Shown: piece after piece, positions 23,201-38,200 of the stretch
Layout of the letters: the number at the start of each line of letters is the position of its first letter
Position numbering within the stretch: the stretch's first letter is position 1
NCBI GenBank assembly: GCA_002633005.1
Contig: NMRA01000567.1
Coordinates: 68,954-132,953 of the forward strand
Direction: 5' to 3'
DNA length: 64,000 bases
Source: Phoronis australis
Taxonomy: Eukaryota > Animalia > Phoronida
Made by a program: the position numbers and the translations under genes
The notes under the pieces: model-generated
What the model saw: only the letters and a program-made list of their open reading frames with translations
Told to the model about the DNA's origin: nothing
The model's database searches: none

Positions 23201-26200
23201 AGGAACTGTCAAATATATATTGCAAAGTTGTGTAGCCTGTTGTTTTCTTGCACATATGGTGACCGCACTGTCTTCGCGGCATGTCAAGCTGTAAGCAACA
23301 CTTGTCAGTCGAGGTTTATTGGCAGGCAGTATGGTGGTATGTGTTTATCAGTTTATAGACGCTTGGAATGAACAATTATTCCGAACTTTTGTGAATGGTT
23401 AAGAACACGTCTGCATTGTCCCGTGCAGTCATGAGAACTTTTGCAGGTTTTTGGTTTAAGAAACGAGCATTACTTTTGTTGTGCCTGACCTATCACGATA
23501 CACATTGTAGTTGCCATTGCGGCATGTATTAACATAATTATTTTACTTCAGTAAAGAACTTTTCTATTAATTAACTGGATTTTTTCACTACAGCAAGCGT
23601 TAACACCTTAGAGAATTCTGAGAATTGGTGATCAAAGCACCGTGTATTAAACTGTTTCAAAGGTAAATGACTAGGAAAAGTACCAGCTAAATACAGTTTC
23701 AATAGTCTAACATGCTGCAAAGTTCGAGTTTTCAATGTTTGGTGATCATGTGAAAATCTTCCGATTTACAGAAAAATCGGCAAATTTGCTCTCCAAAATA
23801 CTCGAATGCAGTTTTGGTAGTGCACAGGTCTGAGATTGTCTAGATTTCATAGTTAGATAGCACATTACAAATACACGAGATAGCTTAAGGGTAATTGCTC
23901 TGATTTCTGTTTTGATATATTGCATGAGAATAGGTGTGACTGTTTCCTTCCTTTACCAGGTCAGAACATGAGCGTCATTCACCCACCTGTCCGTTTGTGA
24001 AAGGTGAATATACTAGAAATGTACCACTCTCCGTGACACATGCGACACAACTTGCGGTCAGTCAAGGATACAAGGTATTGTGATTGGGTGTGGGGTTTGT
24101 GGGTTTAGGTCAAGTCAATTAAAAAAAAAGTGAGGCAGATTGTTTAGTTAGTATCTGCATAATGTCTATTGTGAAATGGTCTCAGGGTCCTGGTTTTAAT
24201 TAAGTTGTGATTTACTCGAGTCTTTTCCAAGTAGCACATCTCAAACATTTTCTGGTTTCCACTCTGTACGATGTAGATTTGAGTTGTTCATATTATTTTG
24301 AATTTGTTTTCAATATGTTAAAACTCTGCTTATTACAGTTTAACTTTTAATAATGTTGAATTTAATTAATAGTGCCTAAATTACCATTGTAGCCTAGCTA
24401 ACATATCAACACTATTCAGTTTTGTAAATTTGTACTCATGTTCATTGATTTGAAGCTACATGTTATGAGTAAGTGCTGTGTAAGCTTGTTTCCCAGTTTC
24501 TTTCTTATTTCTACCATTGAGAAGCTGGAAATGTGTGAGATCTTGTGCTTAATTGACTGTTTGTTTTCATGTTGGGTGTTTCTGCTACTTTCAGATTGAG
24601 TGTGTAGGTACCACTATGAGTCCTGAGCTGGTGGCTACCTCGTCTCTGAATGGCAACATTGTGGTGTGGAATGTTTCCAGGCAGCTGAAGGTAAGTGGAC
24701 CTATCTAGGAACGCGTTTTTCGATGCATTTTTGCTAGGCTTTAGTCAAATTGATGGTACTATTCCCTGATTACCGACAATGATGGGGGAATTAACAGGGC
24801 GGTTTAAGGTTACTAAATCATTGTGTAATTAGAGTTTTGCAGGCCTAGTAGTTATTAGCAGTCAGTTGTGCTATTAACAGTAGCTGTCATGACAGGAAAA
24901 AGGCATTTTGTCCGTCTGGTCTCAACTTTGTACTTAATAGATAAAAGTCATTTCTTGACTTGGGAAGAACTGCCCGCTGGAGACTATGTTCGGTGCATAA
25001 GCCAACGCGATTGGTCAAGTCAGGTTTTTGAGCCTGGTTGCAAGCAATAAAAAACTGTCGGGCTATGTGTAACACCTTCTAACCTGGTTCCAGGTTATCT
25101 TAATTGATTCCATTGATGTTTCGATTAACTCGCCAAATGCAGGGAGTTTATTCCAAAGCACACATTTCTTGCAAGAGTGTGGAGAAATCACTCAAAATGT
25201 GATTTCTGTTTTATTTGAAGTGAAGGCTTCTTGGTACAATTGAATCGCAAGAGTCTCGCCAGACATAACACAGCTACGTTCACAGGTGATGTAGGGATGC
25301 TCCCGTACCTGCGGTAAATAACTAACTAGTTCAAGTCATTCCATATAAGTGACCCCACAGTCCAGAAAGTACTTAGCAGAAAGTGTAGATTTCAATAATT
25401 TGTTGAGCGGTTACCCAGATGTCTAGAGAACAGCTGGCAGGGGGCAGCATTGAAGCAGACCATACCTCCGTAGACCACCTGTCTGCCAGCCGTCTCTGGA
25501 TGTGGGGCCTGCCCGTGCAACAAAGTATTTGTGAACGGTATCACAATCTTATGCCTTCAAGAGCTGGTCTTTCTGTGAATAATGCATTAAACTGTGCCCA
25601 TATTTCTCACAGAAGGAGCTTCAATTCAACCTTGACCCTTCATCCGTGTTTGATGAACAACTTGTGGTGAAATCCAGTGATGAAGCCAAAGACGACACAG
25701 TAGACAGGTGAGAGGGAATTGTGGTTTTCACAAATGATTATGATGATGGCTAAAAACAACAAAGACATATCTCAGTTACTTAGAAATAAGCTACTCAAAA
25801 AGATAAGTGTATGAAAATTTGCCTGTCAGGAAATGGTTAAATTTAAGCAGTGGGTTCAGAAATGTCAGCTTAAATTCAAGGTGTAAGAGGATCGTTTAGG
25901 CTGCCTTTTGACCACATTGATTGGTGTAAAGAGCTATTGTGCAGGTATCTGAAATGTTTTTAATAGAAAATGTGTGATTCACTGTATGATATTTTAAGCT
26001 GTCATCTTAATTTGTCATTTCCTTATATTCTCCTAAATTGAAGCAGGTTATCTAAAGACGCAAAACAATGGCAGTATTTAAAACAAATCCACATAATGAC
26101 AAAATAATTTTAATCTCTCAAACACATCAGCCGTGGCATCAGCAAGTTCAATGAGTTTCAAAAAATGGGCCACCTAAATTTATGCCGAGTTACCATTCAA

Positions 26201-29200
26201 TTACTTTTAATGGTAGAAATCAATGCTGGCATGGGAAAATTTGACAGAGGCAAATGTGCGAGAGTTAGTTTTGTGATTTCCATTTTGGTCATATTTGGGA
26301 GACAGTGAAGTTCACTTTTCATCTGTGTTTGATAAACTAAAGTCATCTTCTGTGAGCTGTGAACCACCATGATCCATGAGGTGATTTTTTTTCTGTGTAG
26401 TGTTTTTTTCTTAAAATCTTCTCAATGTAGACAAAAATTTCTAAGATGTATAAGTTAGGAATTTCCTTCTGACCTCATCAGTGTGAATACTTTTTCCATT
26501 TTCTCAATATTTATATGTGGGTGCATATTGCCATCATCTCTGTGAACGTCTGGCATCCACTGCTCTATCTCCTAAACCCCTCACAGGATCTTAATGAGAC
26601 TTGGTAGATGTTTTCATATTAAGAATTTCGGACCAATCTCACTACCACTGTGGCCCTTAGTGGCAATTTTATATTTTTTACCATTTCCTCTGTATCTTTG
26701 GAATTCTTGCATAGATTTTCATGAAACTTGCCAAATAGGTTTTTATTGAGGAGACAACACCTTTTCATTTTTGGTTGGCTGTGACAATTCTGCGCCTCCT
26801 AGTTTTTTGGCGTCCACCTTTCTATCTGCCAAACCGCTTGAAGAATTTTTATTAAAATTGGCAGATGTGTTCTTAATGAGGAGACCGTGGCTGATGCTGA
26901 TTTTCAGACGGATTTCACTACTCTAGTGCCCTCTTGTGGTAATTTTGTTTTGTTGCGTCTGCGGCTTATTTCCTTAACCCTTAGCAAGAACTTAGTGACA
27001 TTTGGCAGATGTGTTTCTATGGAGCTGACAACAGAATAATGACGAGTTTCAGTCCATTCTGATGATTGTTCTGCTCCTTAGTTGCAATTATATTTTTTAT
27101 TTTCCTCTATATCTTCCTAGTTCCCTGTTCAGACAGATTTTCATGAAATTTGGCAAATAGGTCTTTTACAAGGAAACGACGATGCCGTTCAATTTTTGGA
27201 TGGATTCGATAGATTTTATGCCATCATGTAGCCATTTTTGTTATTTTTGCATCCGTTTCTTGGCATCCGCCTCTCTATCTGCCATACTGCTCTAAAGATA
27301 ATTATGAAAACTTTGTGTTCATGATGAGAAGGCGTATGCTGCCAAATGTCCTTAACCCTTTAATGGAGCTTTGTGATAGCTGTGTTCCTATGGAGCTGAC
27401 GACAAATGATCTGAATACCACTGTGCCCCTAGTGGCAAAGAGTGTTTTTGCTCTTGCCTCTGTATCATTGGAAGTCAATTAATGTGTTTTCATGAAATTC
27501 GGAGACAACAAGAGACAGATTTGATACTTTCTGCACCATCTAGTGGCCATTTAAAGATTTTTATGCGTGTCTTTTACGTCCGCCTCTTTATCTGCCTAAA
27601 GACTCAAAGGATCAATGTGAAAATTAATAGTTGTGCTCCTGATGCGAAGATCCTGGCTGATGTTGATTTTTGCATGTTTTTGACTAATCTGGCTTCCCAT
27701 AAGGGCAGTTTTGTTTTTTGCGTCTATGGCTGTCTTTGCTCAAACCTTTGAAGGATCTTTGCGAAATTAGTCAGACGAGTTCCTACAGAGATAGCACCAG
27801 ATGAAGTTGAGTTTCAAACCAATCAGACTATAGCTGTGCCACCTTTTGTTTTTTACGTTTGCCTCTATATCTTAGGAGTTCCTTGGCTTGTTTTTATGAA
27901 ATTTGGCAAATAGTTGTGTATTACAGAGATAGCCCCACCTTCTCAATTCAGACGGTTTGACGCAGTCTTCACCATCTAATGGCCATTTTTGTGTTACTAA
28001 AAACACGCATAGAAGCACACCGTTTGTGGTGCTATGGCTACACGTTGCCCTTGTTTGAAAAACAAGTGGTTCATATACTTTTTTGACTTGTTTACTAATT
28101 ATTTTCAAAAGTTTGAGCTTGATGACACTTCTTTTTAAACAATAAAAGTACCTTGTTGATGAGAAAGATACAGCAATTGCTTCTTGAGTATGTAAATGGT
28201 TGCATCAAAACAGTGCTCTTCGTCCACATGAAGTAAATTTAGAAATCTTTTATCTTTTACTCACTATTTCTCGCTTCCGGGAGGTACGTCAATGAATGTA
28301 AAAAGGATGGAATAGACAAACCCTGCGTGTTTTCTCTTTTGTATGTGTGAGACAAATGCATGTCAAGTTAATATAATTATTTCTTTTGTCTTACAGTGCT
28401 ATAGAGACTAAGGCAAAATCGGACTTGGGTGAAGCCACACCTGTCCATCCTCCACTAAAAAGTATGTAGTGTGGTGTCTCAGCAAAGTCCAGTTACAACA
28501 TCCCGTTCTTATCCCCACCAATTGAGCAATGTATGAAATGTAAAAAGATGGCTTTGTAAAAGTTTGTTTCAAAAAGGGCTCTAGAACCTTTGCAAATATT
28601 CAAATCAGTTGTATTATACAACCAAAATAAGGTTTTAAAAGTTTTTTCAGCTTTAATCCTTGGAATTTTAAAACCAGAAGTGGTGGTAATTCTCCTAACT
28701 TAACGATTATTGTAAAAATCGTCATACGTACCCCACAGTCAGTTGTAATGACTGATATTGTTCATGCTGCTTGTTGTATACCACCATACGATCACCTGTT
28801 TGATTTTATTTCTATCCATTTATTCGGCAGTCTGTATCATACCTTTGGCAAAGACCGCATCGCTTGAAAAGAAAGGGAATATTTTAATATATTTTAGTAC
28901 TGACGTTCGGCATTTTTCTTTTACTGGTTTTGCTATTTTATATTTCTTATCTGTTGGTAACTGCACGGCATTCCACCATCTATTTGATTTATTTATTAAC
29001 GAGATAAATAACTCAAAACGATAAATGGAAAATCCTGACACAAATTGTTTTTCGAGGCTTTGATCACTGAAGCACAACAATTTTGGAAATTGGTGGACAA
29101 GTTGCAAAGAAGCAAAATCCTTCAAAAGGTATGCCGAAAGCAGGCAGGTAGTTAAACATGATTTGAGTCACTCGGGTGGCAGTGTTGTTTGTTTAATGTT

Positions 29201-32200
29201 ACGTTTCCTTCAGTAAAGGCTAAAACCAATTCTATTATTCAATCACCATTTTAATCGAAGATAAAACCAATCAGTCTAAAGAAAACTTAAAATTTCAAAT
29301 TTGTGACGCTGAAGAAAGTTCAACTGATCTTCAGTCCATAATTGTTATGAATCTTGCTGGGTTATATTGCAATTATCCTCTGTTCTATACAATCATGTGA
29401 ACTTGCAAGAATTCACAATCCCAAATTAAAGGGCCAGCCTTATCTTCCACTTCAATCTGTTAGTGAGAGCCTCTTTGTCCTGACTCGTTTGAGCTTGTGG
29501 GTCATTCAGATAAAAAAACTAGGTCAGTAGGTGTTTTGAAAATGACTAAATTTGATTGCTTCATTTTTCACATCATTTCTCAAGTTACGGCTTTAACTCT
29601 TCAACAGATGCGCTTTTGATAAAATGGCGTGGAAAAGAAGAGATGAGTATGGAAAATATTATTTCCACCTATGTTGCTAACTTCTTGCATTGACTGACTT
29701 TTCCTGTGTTCGTTAGCACCAGCACTGTGTGTTGCTCCGGTGGGCATTACAACTAAGGTAAATGTTTTGACTGCAAAATATATGCCAAGTTACTATTTAC
29801 AGGGTTTCTTCCTTTAGCCCTATGCTTATAATGTTTAGATTGGTTGTGTCTAAATGTCATTTGATAATAGACGGCACTGATTTTGTCTTTCATTTTCAGC
29901 TGAACCAGTGAAGTTGACCCGACCCTCTCAGGACGTGCTCGTCTCATCCTTGTGTATTTTGGCCGAGACCCCCGTGGATCCACCGTCATTGGGCACAGCA
30001 TGTGCCTCTCCTGCAAAGCCCATCTCTAAGCGACCCTCGCTACTGATTGGTGGTGCCATCAGAAAAAACATTGACTCACTGGCTCGTGACGCCAGCGTTA
30101 CGTTAGACTCTGATGTGGAGACAATGAACGAGGTTAATCAAGCCATGAGTGTAGAAAGCGTGATGCCAATTATTACCGACGAGGAAAGTGCAATCGTTTT
30201 TGGGCCAGAGATGGACCTGGCTTCAGACAATCCCTTCACCCCATGCCTTCTGATACATAGTGTTAGTCGAGCACTACCTGCAAAGGCACGGCAGTCCGAT
30301 GGCGCCACCAGCAAGGTGGGGCAGTCGAGCAGTGGAACGAAAAAAGACATGTACATGACACACAACATGGTGCACGCTGACGACGATGTTTATGAAGACA
30401 TGACCTATGACACAGTTATGCCAGGCACAAACAAGTTCTCTACTTTATCAATGTTCCCACCCAGTTCTATCAAGTTCATGGGTGGCGGACCAAAAGAGAC
30501 AGCCTCTGTCAACTGTCCCCCCACCCCTGGGGACAAGATTCCCGCAGTGGCCAAAGTGTATGAGGAATGGCTGGACGGTACCATTCTCCAATGCGTTCGT
30601 CTCCCTGAACAACTCCGCCACCCTGAGTACTGCATCAGCTCCATCACACCTACCTACGATGGCAAACATGTCATCGTGGTAGTCAGTTTGCGGAAAAAAT
30701 CTGGACTCATTCTGGTGGGTAGGGAGACGAATGTGGATTCTGGGATGGAGATGGTCTCTTCACTGCCGTGTTCTGGTTGTATTCTTGTTTACGAGATAAA
30801 GTTGTCAGAGACAGTTCCGCTTCTGAATGAAATACCTGTGAGAACATGCTTTATCGATAAATCCGAGGAGTCGATACGCTCGGTCTTTGTGCTGCCTCGT
30901 GAACTTGGCTCATCTCAGGAGGAGGATGAGCCATTATCACCGAAACTGAGCGAAAAGGTTGAATTAGGGGTTTTAGAAGGACAATTTGCCGTGATAACGA
31001 AGGCTGGATTGATTCGCATATACAACCTGGCTACTCTGGAGTCGCTGACAGATGTGTCGCCAGCAGATGGTGACACCTATGTCTCTCTCACTTACTGTAA
31101 TGGTAACAACTGTTTATGTTTTAATTTAAATGATCGCCTTATATTTATTAGATTTTCGTGCAGTAAACATCTATTTTTTTCAAGCCAAATATTGTAGCCA
31201 GTCTTCCCTCTATAGAACAAGCAGCATTAGGTTACTCACTGATGGCATTATTCTGTCATGAACACACTTCTTCTGGGCTGTTTTTTTTTTTCTCTTGCTA
31301 CACATTTCTTTTCTCACAAGCTCTATTCCTAACATCTCCGTTACGTTTTTTCTTACGAACGGCACAAAACACGTAGTTCGTATGAGATAGAAAATGCTGT
31401 TCATGAAAAGTTTGCTCTGGAAAAAAGAACTCTTAGTAAATTTGTGGCAGATGATGACTACCTAGCCTGATATAGCAGAAAATGGTTACCGTCACAACTC
31501 TAGTAGGGGGCTGTCGTATGAGACCTTGATTTCTATGTCATGTGCTGCCAGTACTAGACCCTTGTAATGGGAGTCCCTCAGGAAGCAATGGAGGCTGTTC
31601 TCGTGGGAACGGTGATTCAGATCGCCACCTAACTGTATCAGGAGTTATTTTATCACCATGGGTTGTATAGGGAAGCTGTTTGACTAAGTGAAAAGACCAT
31701 TTTATAGTTTATGTGGTTAGATGGGATGTGCTTTTACAAAAGTTATAAATTTCCTCCTCATCCGCTAGAGGTCACTGCCATCTGGTCCCATGTGGTCAGT
31801 CGCCACGTTGCTATTTGGAAGTCTCCCATTGTTGGTGCCCTAAGTGATGTTCAGCAGATGCTGTGCACAGGCAATGATGGTCTATCATGATTGTTCAATG
31901 TAAAATATTTTTGTACGCACATTGAATTCCTATCAGCAATCTATGAATTTCTTTGAATTGTATGGTGTAAATGGTAGATAATGTATCATATTAATGGTCG
32001 ATATCTTGCCTTCCACCATAAAGCCCGACCTCTGATTTAGACCACTTATCGTAATAAGACTTACCTTGGCTGGCTTCTCATTTAGATTAGTGCGATTTCT
32101 TGGCTTGCAAAGAACTGACAGGTCTTTGTTGTTTACGTTGAATAACCTGCTAAGTTGACTCAAGGTATTGGGCATGCTTTTGTGCTATAATCAACTGTCA

Positions 32201-35200
32201 ATTTTACCAAACCTAATAAAAATTACTTCTAATCTGGGTAAGGGGGAATTTGAGACTAATTTTGTAATGATAACCAGTCTCAATTGAAAATAATCGTTTT
32301 GACCTAAGGTAACTTTACAACAGCTCCAGCTTCCAAGAATATGTGCAGTATTGTGTGTTTGGCTCATTTTAATTTCCCTCTGCTGTGTAGGTGTGGATCG
32401 CCTCTGTGCTGCAACAGACATGGGCAAGCTGCACTTCCTACAGATAGGGCCGCGTGGCTTGGACTTTCCTGACGGTCAGATGGCTAGTCTGACTAGCAAT
32501 CCTACTCTAGTCTCATCCATGGAATCCACGTCAGCTGCAGAACTGCGCTCGCTTAGTTCTTTAGGTGAGACTGCAGGGACTTGGATTGTATTTTATTTCC
32601 ACTATTTTGTCTGTGTGTTGCATATTAGCCATGATTACAGTCCACACGAAAAATATTTTATAAAGTTTCTTTCAATTGTTACTGTATGTCATGTCGTGCC
32701 TTTCCAACCTCTCCAATTGTTGATTTCGCTTGCTCTCAGCTGTCATGAGTGGGAATTTCTGGTGCGGTCAGTTGCTATGACACGTGTCATTTGTGTTAAT
32801 TATTGTTGGCGTGAACTGTACATCTATTGGACAGTAAGCATTATCATGCACCCACATATATCCCAATTTCTGTATGGGCAACCACCTCTCCATCTCCCAA
32901 ATTCATTGATGAAACCTCGTAAAATTTGGCCAACTTGTTCCAATTAGGGTATTAGTGAGACACATCAGTTCTGTTTTCGAACAATCAACATATGATGCAC
33001 ACCTTGTGGCAATTAATTTTTATGCGCTTCCTAGTGGCCATTTTTATTATTTTTGAGTCAGTTGTAAAACAGATTCACCATATCTGTGAAGTCAGAAGTA
33101 ACTTTTTTCATTGGTGACTGTCAAAAGACTATTTGATTTGTTGGATTTAATAAGAAGTGACATATTTGACAATTTAATTGAATTATGTGCTTGTCAAATA
33201 AAAGAAAATAAGACCACAAACAATTGACCTACGCACATTCTCAAGATGTGTCTAAATACCTACGTTATTGCAGATTAAGTATTGCCCCATCTGTCAGAGT
33301 AAAAACGAAAATTGTTTAACTATGATTTCGACGGTCTCACATGGTCAGAGTACCTTGAGCATCATCACCCACCATTAGCTTGTGCGTGGATAAGTTCAGG
33401 TGCATTTAAACGGGCTTCAACACTTTGCATACTGTGCACCTGGTTAGTCATTTCAGTGACTGAGGTTCATACAAAAACGGCCCTATGGCACCGTGTAGTA
33501 ATGTGTGAATAGAGAACATCAATATTCTTCTTGACTACAGGTCTCCTTGTTGACCAGCGCCTCACCACCGATCTGCTGCAAAGGCTACATGAGCTGACAC
33601 TGTTTGAGAACCTGATGCCACGCTACTCGGCCACGCTGCCGCCATGTTGGTACGAGATCCAGCAGGAGCAACAGCAGCGACGTCATCCACAGCATCTCCA
33701 ACAACAGGGGGAGCTTCTGCAGCACACACGCACCTGGAAACTACAGCAAGATAGGTAGGTGATATTGAATATCTCATTCATCAAGCTCTCTCTGCATTTT
33801 TTCTGTAGGCAATTCGAAAAAAGGATTGTCACAAACTAGGAGGCATTGCATAACAATTGTAGCTGAACTCTCCTATTTCCCAGTAGTAAAAATGCATTGT
33901 ATGATCGATCTACGTCGGGAAATGTCAGTTAAGAGCTGAGTTGGTGCGAGCAAAGGACAATAGACTGTCACAAGTACAGGCAATGGACCAGCTTGCCAAA
34001 CTTCAGGGTTTCAGCACATTTACTCACTCTGGACCTGTCGGAGTACTTAATTGTCATAAGAAATACAGTTGTGTTGACAGTTATAACTAGCATGGCAGCA
34101 GTGAAGAAAAGCCAGGTTGGTGCCTGGCAGATGTGTGGCGTTGTGGGTAAATCTAACAAAGAGTGGCATTTTAATATTTGGGACGGTGCTATTGAAAGAA
34201 TCTCTTCTGGTCAAAAAGTGGGCAAATTTTGCAACATGTTAGTTTTTCTTTTTCTTCGATGTAGTGTGATGAATTTTGTTTGTAACTGTTTGTTTTGGTG
34301 CTCAACAGTTCATTTACAACAAAGTAATAAGCAGTTTTTCCCAAATAAAGTTAAGATTGAGAATGTTCTGTCTTCTGGAAAGGCTAAAATTTAGTTGCTG
34401 ATCCCTGCAATTTGCCTGTGATTTCTGAAAATGAATTATTACTGAAAATAAAGTTATGGTATATATTCACCTGTCATTTTCCTAGCACCAGCTGGAGCGA
34501 GCATCTTCTAGAGATTGCCCTGCCACGGCCTTCTTGTATTGGACACATTGATTTGAAGTTCTCGCTGCACCCACTCTGCACAGATCGACCTCACATAGAG
34601 GTCACCTTGCTTAGCCAAAACGTCGGCAAGATCGGTCGCAAGGTCTCCAGCCACCAGCACACTAACATCAGCAGTAATGCTAACGATGCCATTTCTGAAG
34701 ATGTCACCGACGGTGATAACAATATCGCTAGTCTGAAAGAGGCGACTTGCACACTGGACGTTGCAGCTGCGGCGCAGCAGGCATTTTACTCGGACGTCAA
34801 CAATGTGTCGGACCCGGAGTTCCTGGCCAAGCACAATGCGGAGATCCTGTGCGGTCCGCTAGACTTGATGTCACAGGTTGACCTGTCTAGTCAGAGTGGA
34901 CTGATCACCTTGACCAGTCCTCAGTTGCTGAAAACCATGTCTAGGTCATTTCTGATCCACATCAAGGCTCTGTTGACGGAAAAGGAACGGGAAAAGGTGA
35001 GAGTGAGCTTGGCATTTTATTCAAAATATAACCAAAAATTTATGGTATGTAGAAAGTTGGATGTGTTCATTTCTATTGTGACTAGCCGAAAGACATTCAC
35101 GTGTATTTCATGTAAACAATAGGTGATGTGTGGTTTTTATTTCGGTGAATTCGACTCTATTTTGTTAATTAATATCAGGATAGGGACCACTTGAAACCCT

Positions 35201-38200
35201 CACAATAATGCAGTATTTTCATTAGAATGCATGGCTTGTTTGCTTTAAATCAATCTTTAACGTGTATAAAGCTCAATTATACATCACCACTAAATTGCCT
35301 AGTATTTCCCTAATGCAATGTAAAGTCATGTAACAAGTTTGCTTCACCAACTTTAAACAACCATTATGATCCACCTGACTTGTAGGAGACTAAACCCAAA
35401 ACGGAGAAACCTGCAGACAAATCCAAATCCTCGGCTACATCATCCAAGGTTGTGATCAAGTCTAATTCCCCGAATACACCGTATCTGGAGTCTTTCTACA
35501 CGGGGGCAGGGACCAAAGGGCCATCAGTGGACCAAGTGGTCTCTTCTCTCCCTCGCCAGAAGCTGGAGGATATCCGAGGCTGTGATTGGCTGCATGAAGT
35601 CTCTGTGACAATACGCAAGCCACGTAAGACATCAGCGCCTACCAACAGCAATAGGTAAGTGGAGAAGGACGGTGAAGTGTGTGTGTAGATAATTTCAACA
35701 TAAGCAACCCATCCTAAGTTGTCACCATATTGGTTTAGTTGCATATTTAATTTTTGTCCTTATGTTAACACTGTCAAACAGTGCTGGATTATCCATAGAG
35801 ATAACTAAGCTAAATATTAGGACAACGCACAAAATAGGGTCCCCCTCACAAAATAGGGTCCCCTTGAAAGCTGTGACTGAGGAGAGGTGAAGTAGTGACC
35901 CCAGAGAAGGCAATTGTGATGACCGGAAGGTGTTGGATAATCAGGGCTCCAGACTGTCTACAGGTTACAGGCCCCGAGAAACCTTAATCCAGCACAGTTG
36001 CCTACGTATTGCCTAACACCAGGATCCAACAACGTAAGAAGTGCGTTGATTTCTTCAATGGAAAGGTTTACTGCCGCTGCTTGATTGCCATGTGGGAGAA
36101 TGTATCTAATTCCCTCATTCATATACTAGAAAGATTTTCAAATTGAAGGTGCATAGTAAGTTGCATAGTAAGTACAAGTGTGGAAGTTGCTGACATCTGA
36201 TACAAAGTAAACTGACGGCAGTATCATAAAAGAATCATTTTGATAAATGAGTGCTTCTCTTTGACTAACACAATGTCTATACGTTTGTAGTAACTGTTGC
36301 TGCAGGTGCCATACACACACAGACTAAGCGAAGTTGCCATGTAAGATGTCAGTTGTCAGAAATCTATTAGGTTGTCTATTGAATGTGTTGCTGGTGAATG
36401 TTTGCTTTGGTCCGAGGAAGTTTGTCATCTGTGTGACATCACTAATCATAATGATTTGAGGGTATTCAACAGTACTCCTATCCCTTGAAGATATACCTTC
36501 ATTTGAAGATCAATTTGTAGTCAATTATAACGTATATCTTTTCATAGTGACAACATTATGTAAATATCTACCTACAGGTTTCAGAGGGTGGCCATGCTGG
36601 ACAGTGGCGAGTTCCACAGGAACCTGGTACATGCTGTGTGTCGCCACGATGACCTCCCCTTGGTGACATCACTAGACCACCGGCAGGGCCTAGCCCTGGA
36701 CATTCTCTGTTGGATCACAGCCATTCAAGTCAACGAGCCGCAAACATTGAAAAGGTGAGCCAGCTGCCGCTTGTCAGTAAATTGAAATTCCTAGTAGTGT
36801 TTCACCTAGCCCTGGAACTCGTTTCATAAAATGTTGCCAAATCTGTTTGGACAAGCATGTCAAGGTGAAATTTTAAAAACAAAATTCCACTCAGTCTAAC
36901 TTGCCTGGTATATTTTGTATGTAGTGAAAGGTTTCATTTAAATTTTGGTCAAAATGGAGTTATACTTGTCTACGCTTTTAGTCTCATGTCTTATCATGAA
37001 AAATGCTCGAAGGCAAATTGTTATCTTGCCTGTTTTTTGTGTTTTTTCTTGTTTTGTTAATTAAGACATGATTTGAAGTTGGTATCAGTTGACAGACAAA
37101 TTTGTATTGTTGGGGTCAGTTTGTAGTGACAAATTAGAGCTAACAGTAACTGTAGTTAGAAGTATAAAGTTTTGCTCAGCCGTCATGTTTGTTTGTTCTT
37201 ATCAACTGCAGTCATGTGGCTGTCAACGAACTCAAAGTATAATAAACGTTGGTTTCTTGATGTTTGATGTCTGCGTTGTTAATAAGTGTATCTTGGCATA
37301 GGTGTTTAATGTGTTGAAAGTTTTTTGACTGTTGTTGGCAAATCTGCAATATGTTTAGAGCTGTTTTCTAGGTTTGCGGTAAGTTTTCTTTTTACCTTTT
37401 TCACAGTATGTTACTGCCAGGTTAAACCCGTTCGTTAAGTGGAGTTTTTAACCAATCCTTACTACAGTGTGTTCTGTTTATTTATAGTTTTTGCATTTGA
37501 CTTGAACAATGTTGTATTGTTGGATATGATCTTTTCAGCTCGAAACCATGTGCAGCCTATGCAGTCCAGTCGGAGTTACTTCCCCTTGTTAGGTCATGCT
37601 TCATCCACTCAGGTCGCACCGTTGCTCATAAGTGTGCCAAACTTCTTGTCTTGTGCATTCGGTGAGTACTCTCCAATCGACTTGACGTCGAGCCTTCTTA
37701 GGAACTCAGGGTACTTGTAAAACTGCTCAGATTATCAAAATGTGTTCAATGCTTGGGTGTTTGTTTGCAGTGGGTTTGATACACTGACAGTTTTATCATA
37801 ATTATTAGCAGAGTTTGTACAAGTTTCATCAAACACTCAGTGAATTACTGGTCATTGTGTGCCCTGGAGTACATAAACCTGTTTGGAAAATGTAAAATAA
37901 CAGTTTCAGTAAATTTTTTTTTTTTGAACTTCAAGAAAGTTTTGTGTAATTTTCTGCACAGGTTCATGTGGAACTCCCCTGACAAGGAGGCTGCCCCACT
38001 GTTCAATCGCAGTTTACTGCAGGCCCTCCTGGTATGCCTGCCTGGGGTTCTGGCTGCACGCTCTGCTGGTGCTGTGCGTTGGTTCTTCACTCTGCTCAAT
38101 CACGTGAAGAGCCTGGATGTTGGTCGCACAGCTGAGGCGTGCGCTGGCTTACTGTCAGCCATGTCGACTGCTTATGCTGAGCGGATGACAGATCTTCATG

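Noticed and set aside
26510-28056. CRISPR-like array
   Set aside because: Eukaryotic context; units are degenerate over their whole length rather than identical repeats with unique spacers; no cas genes.
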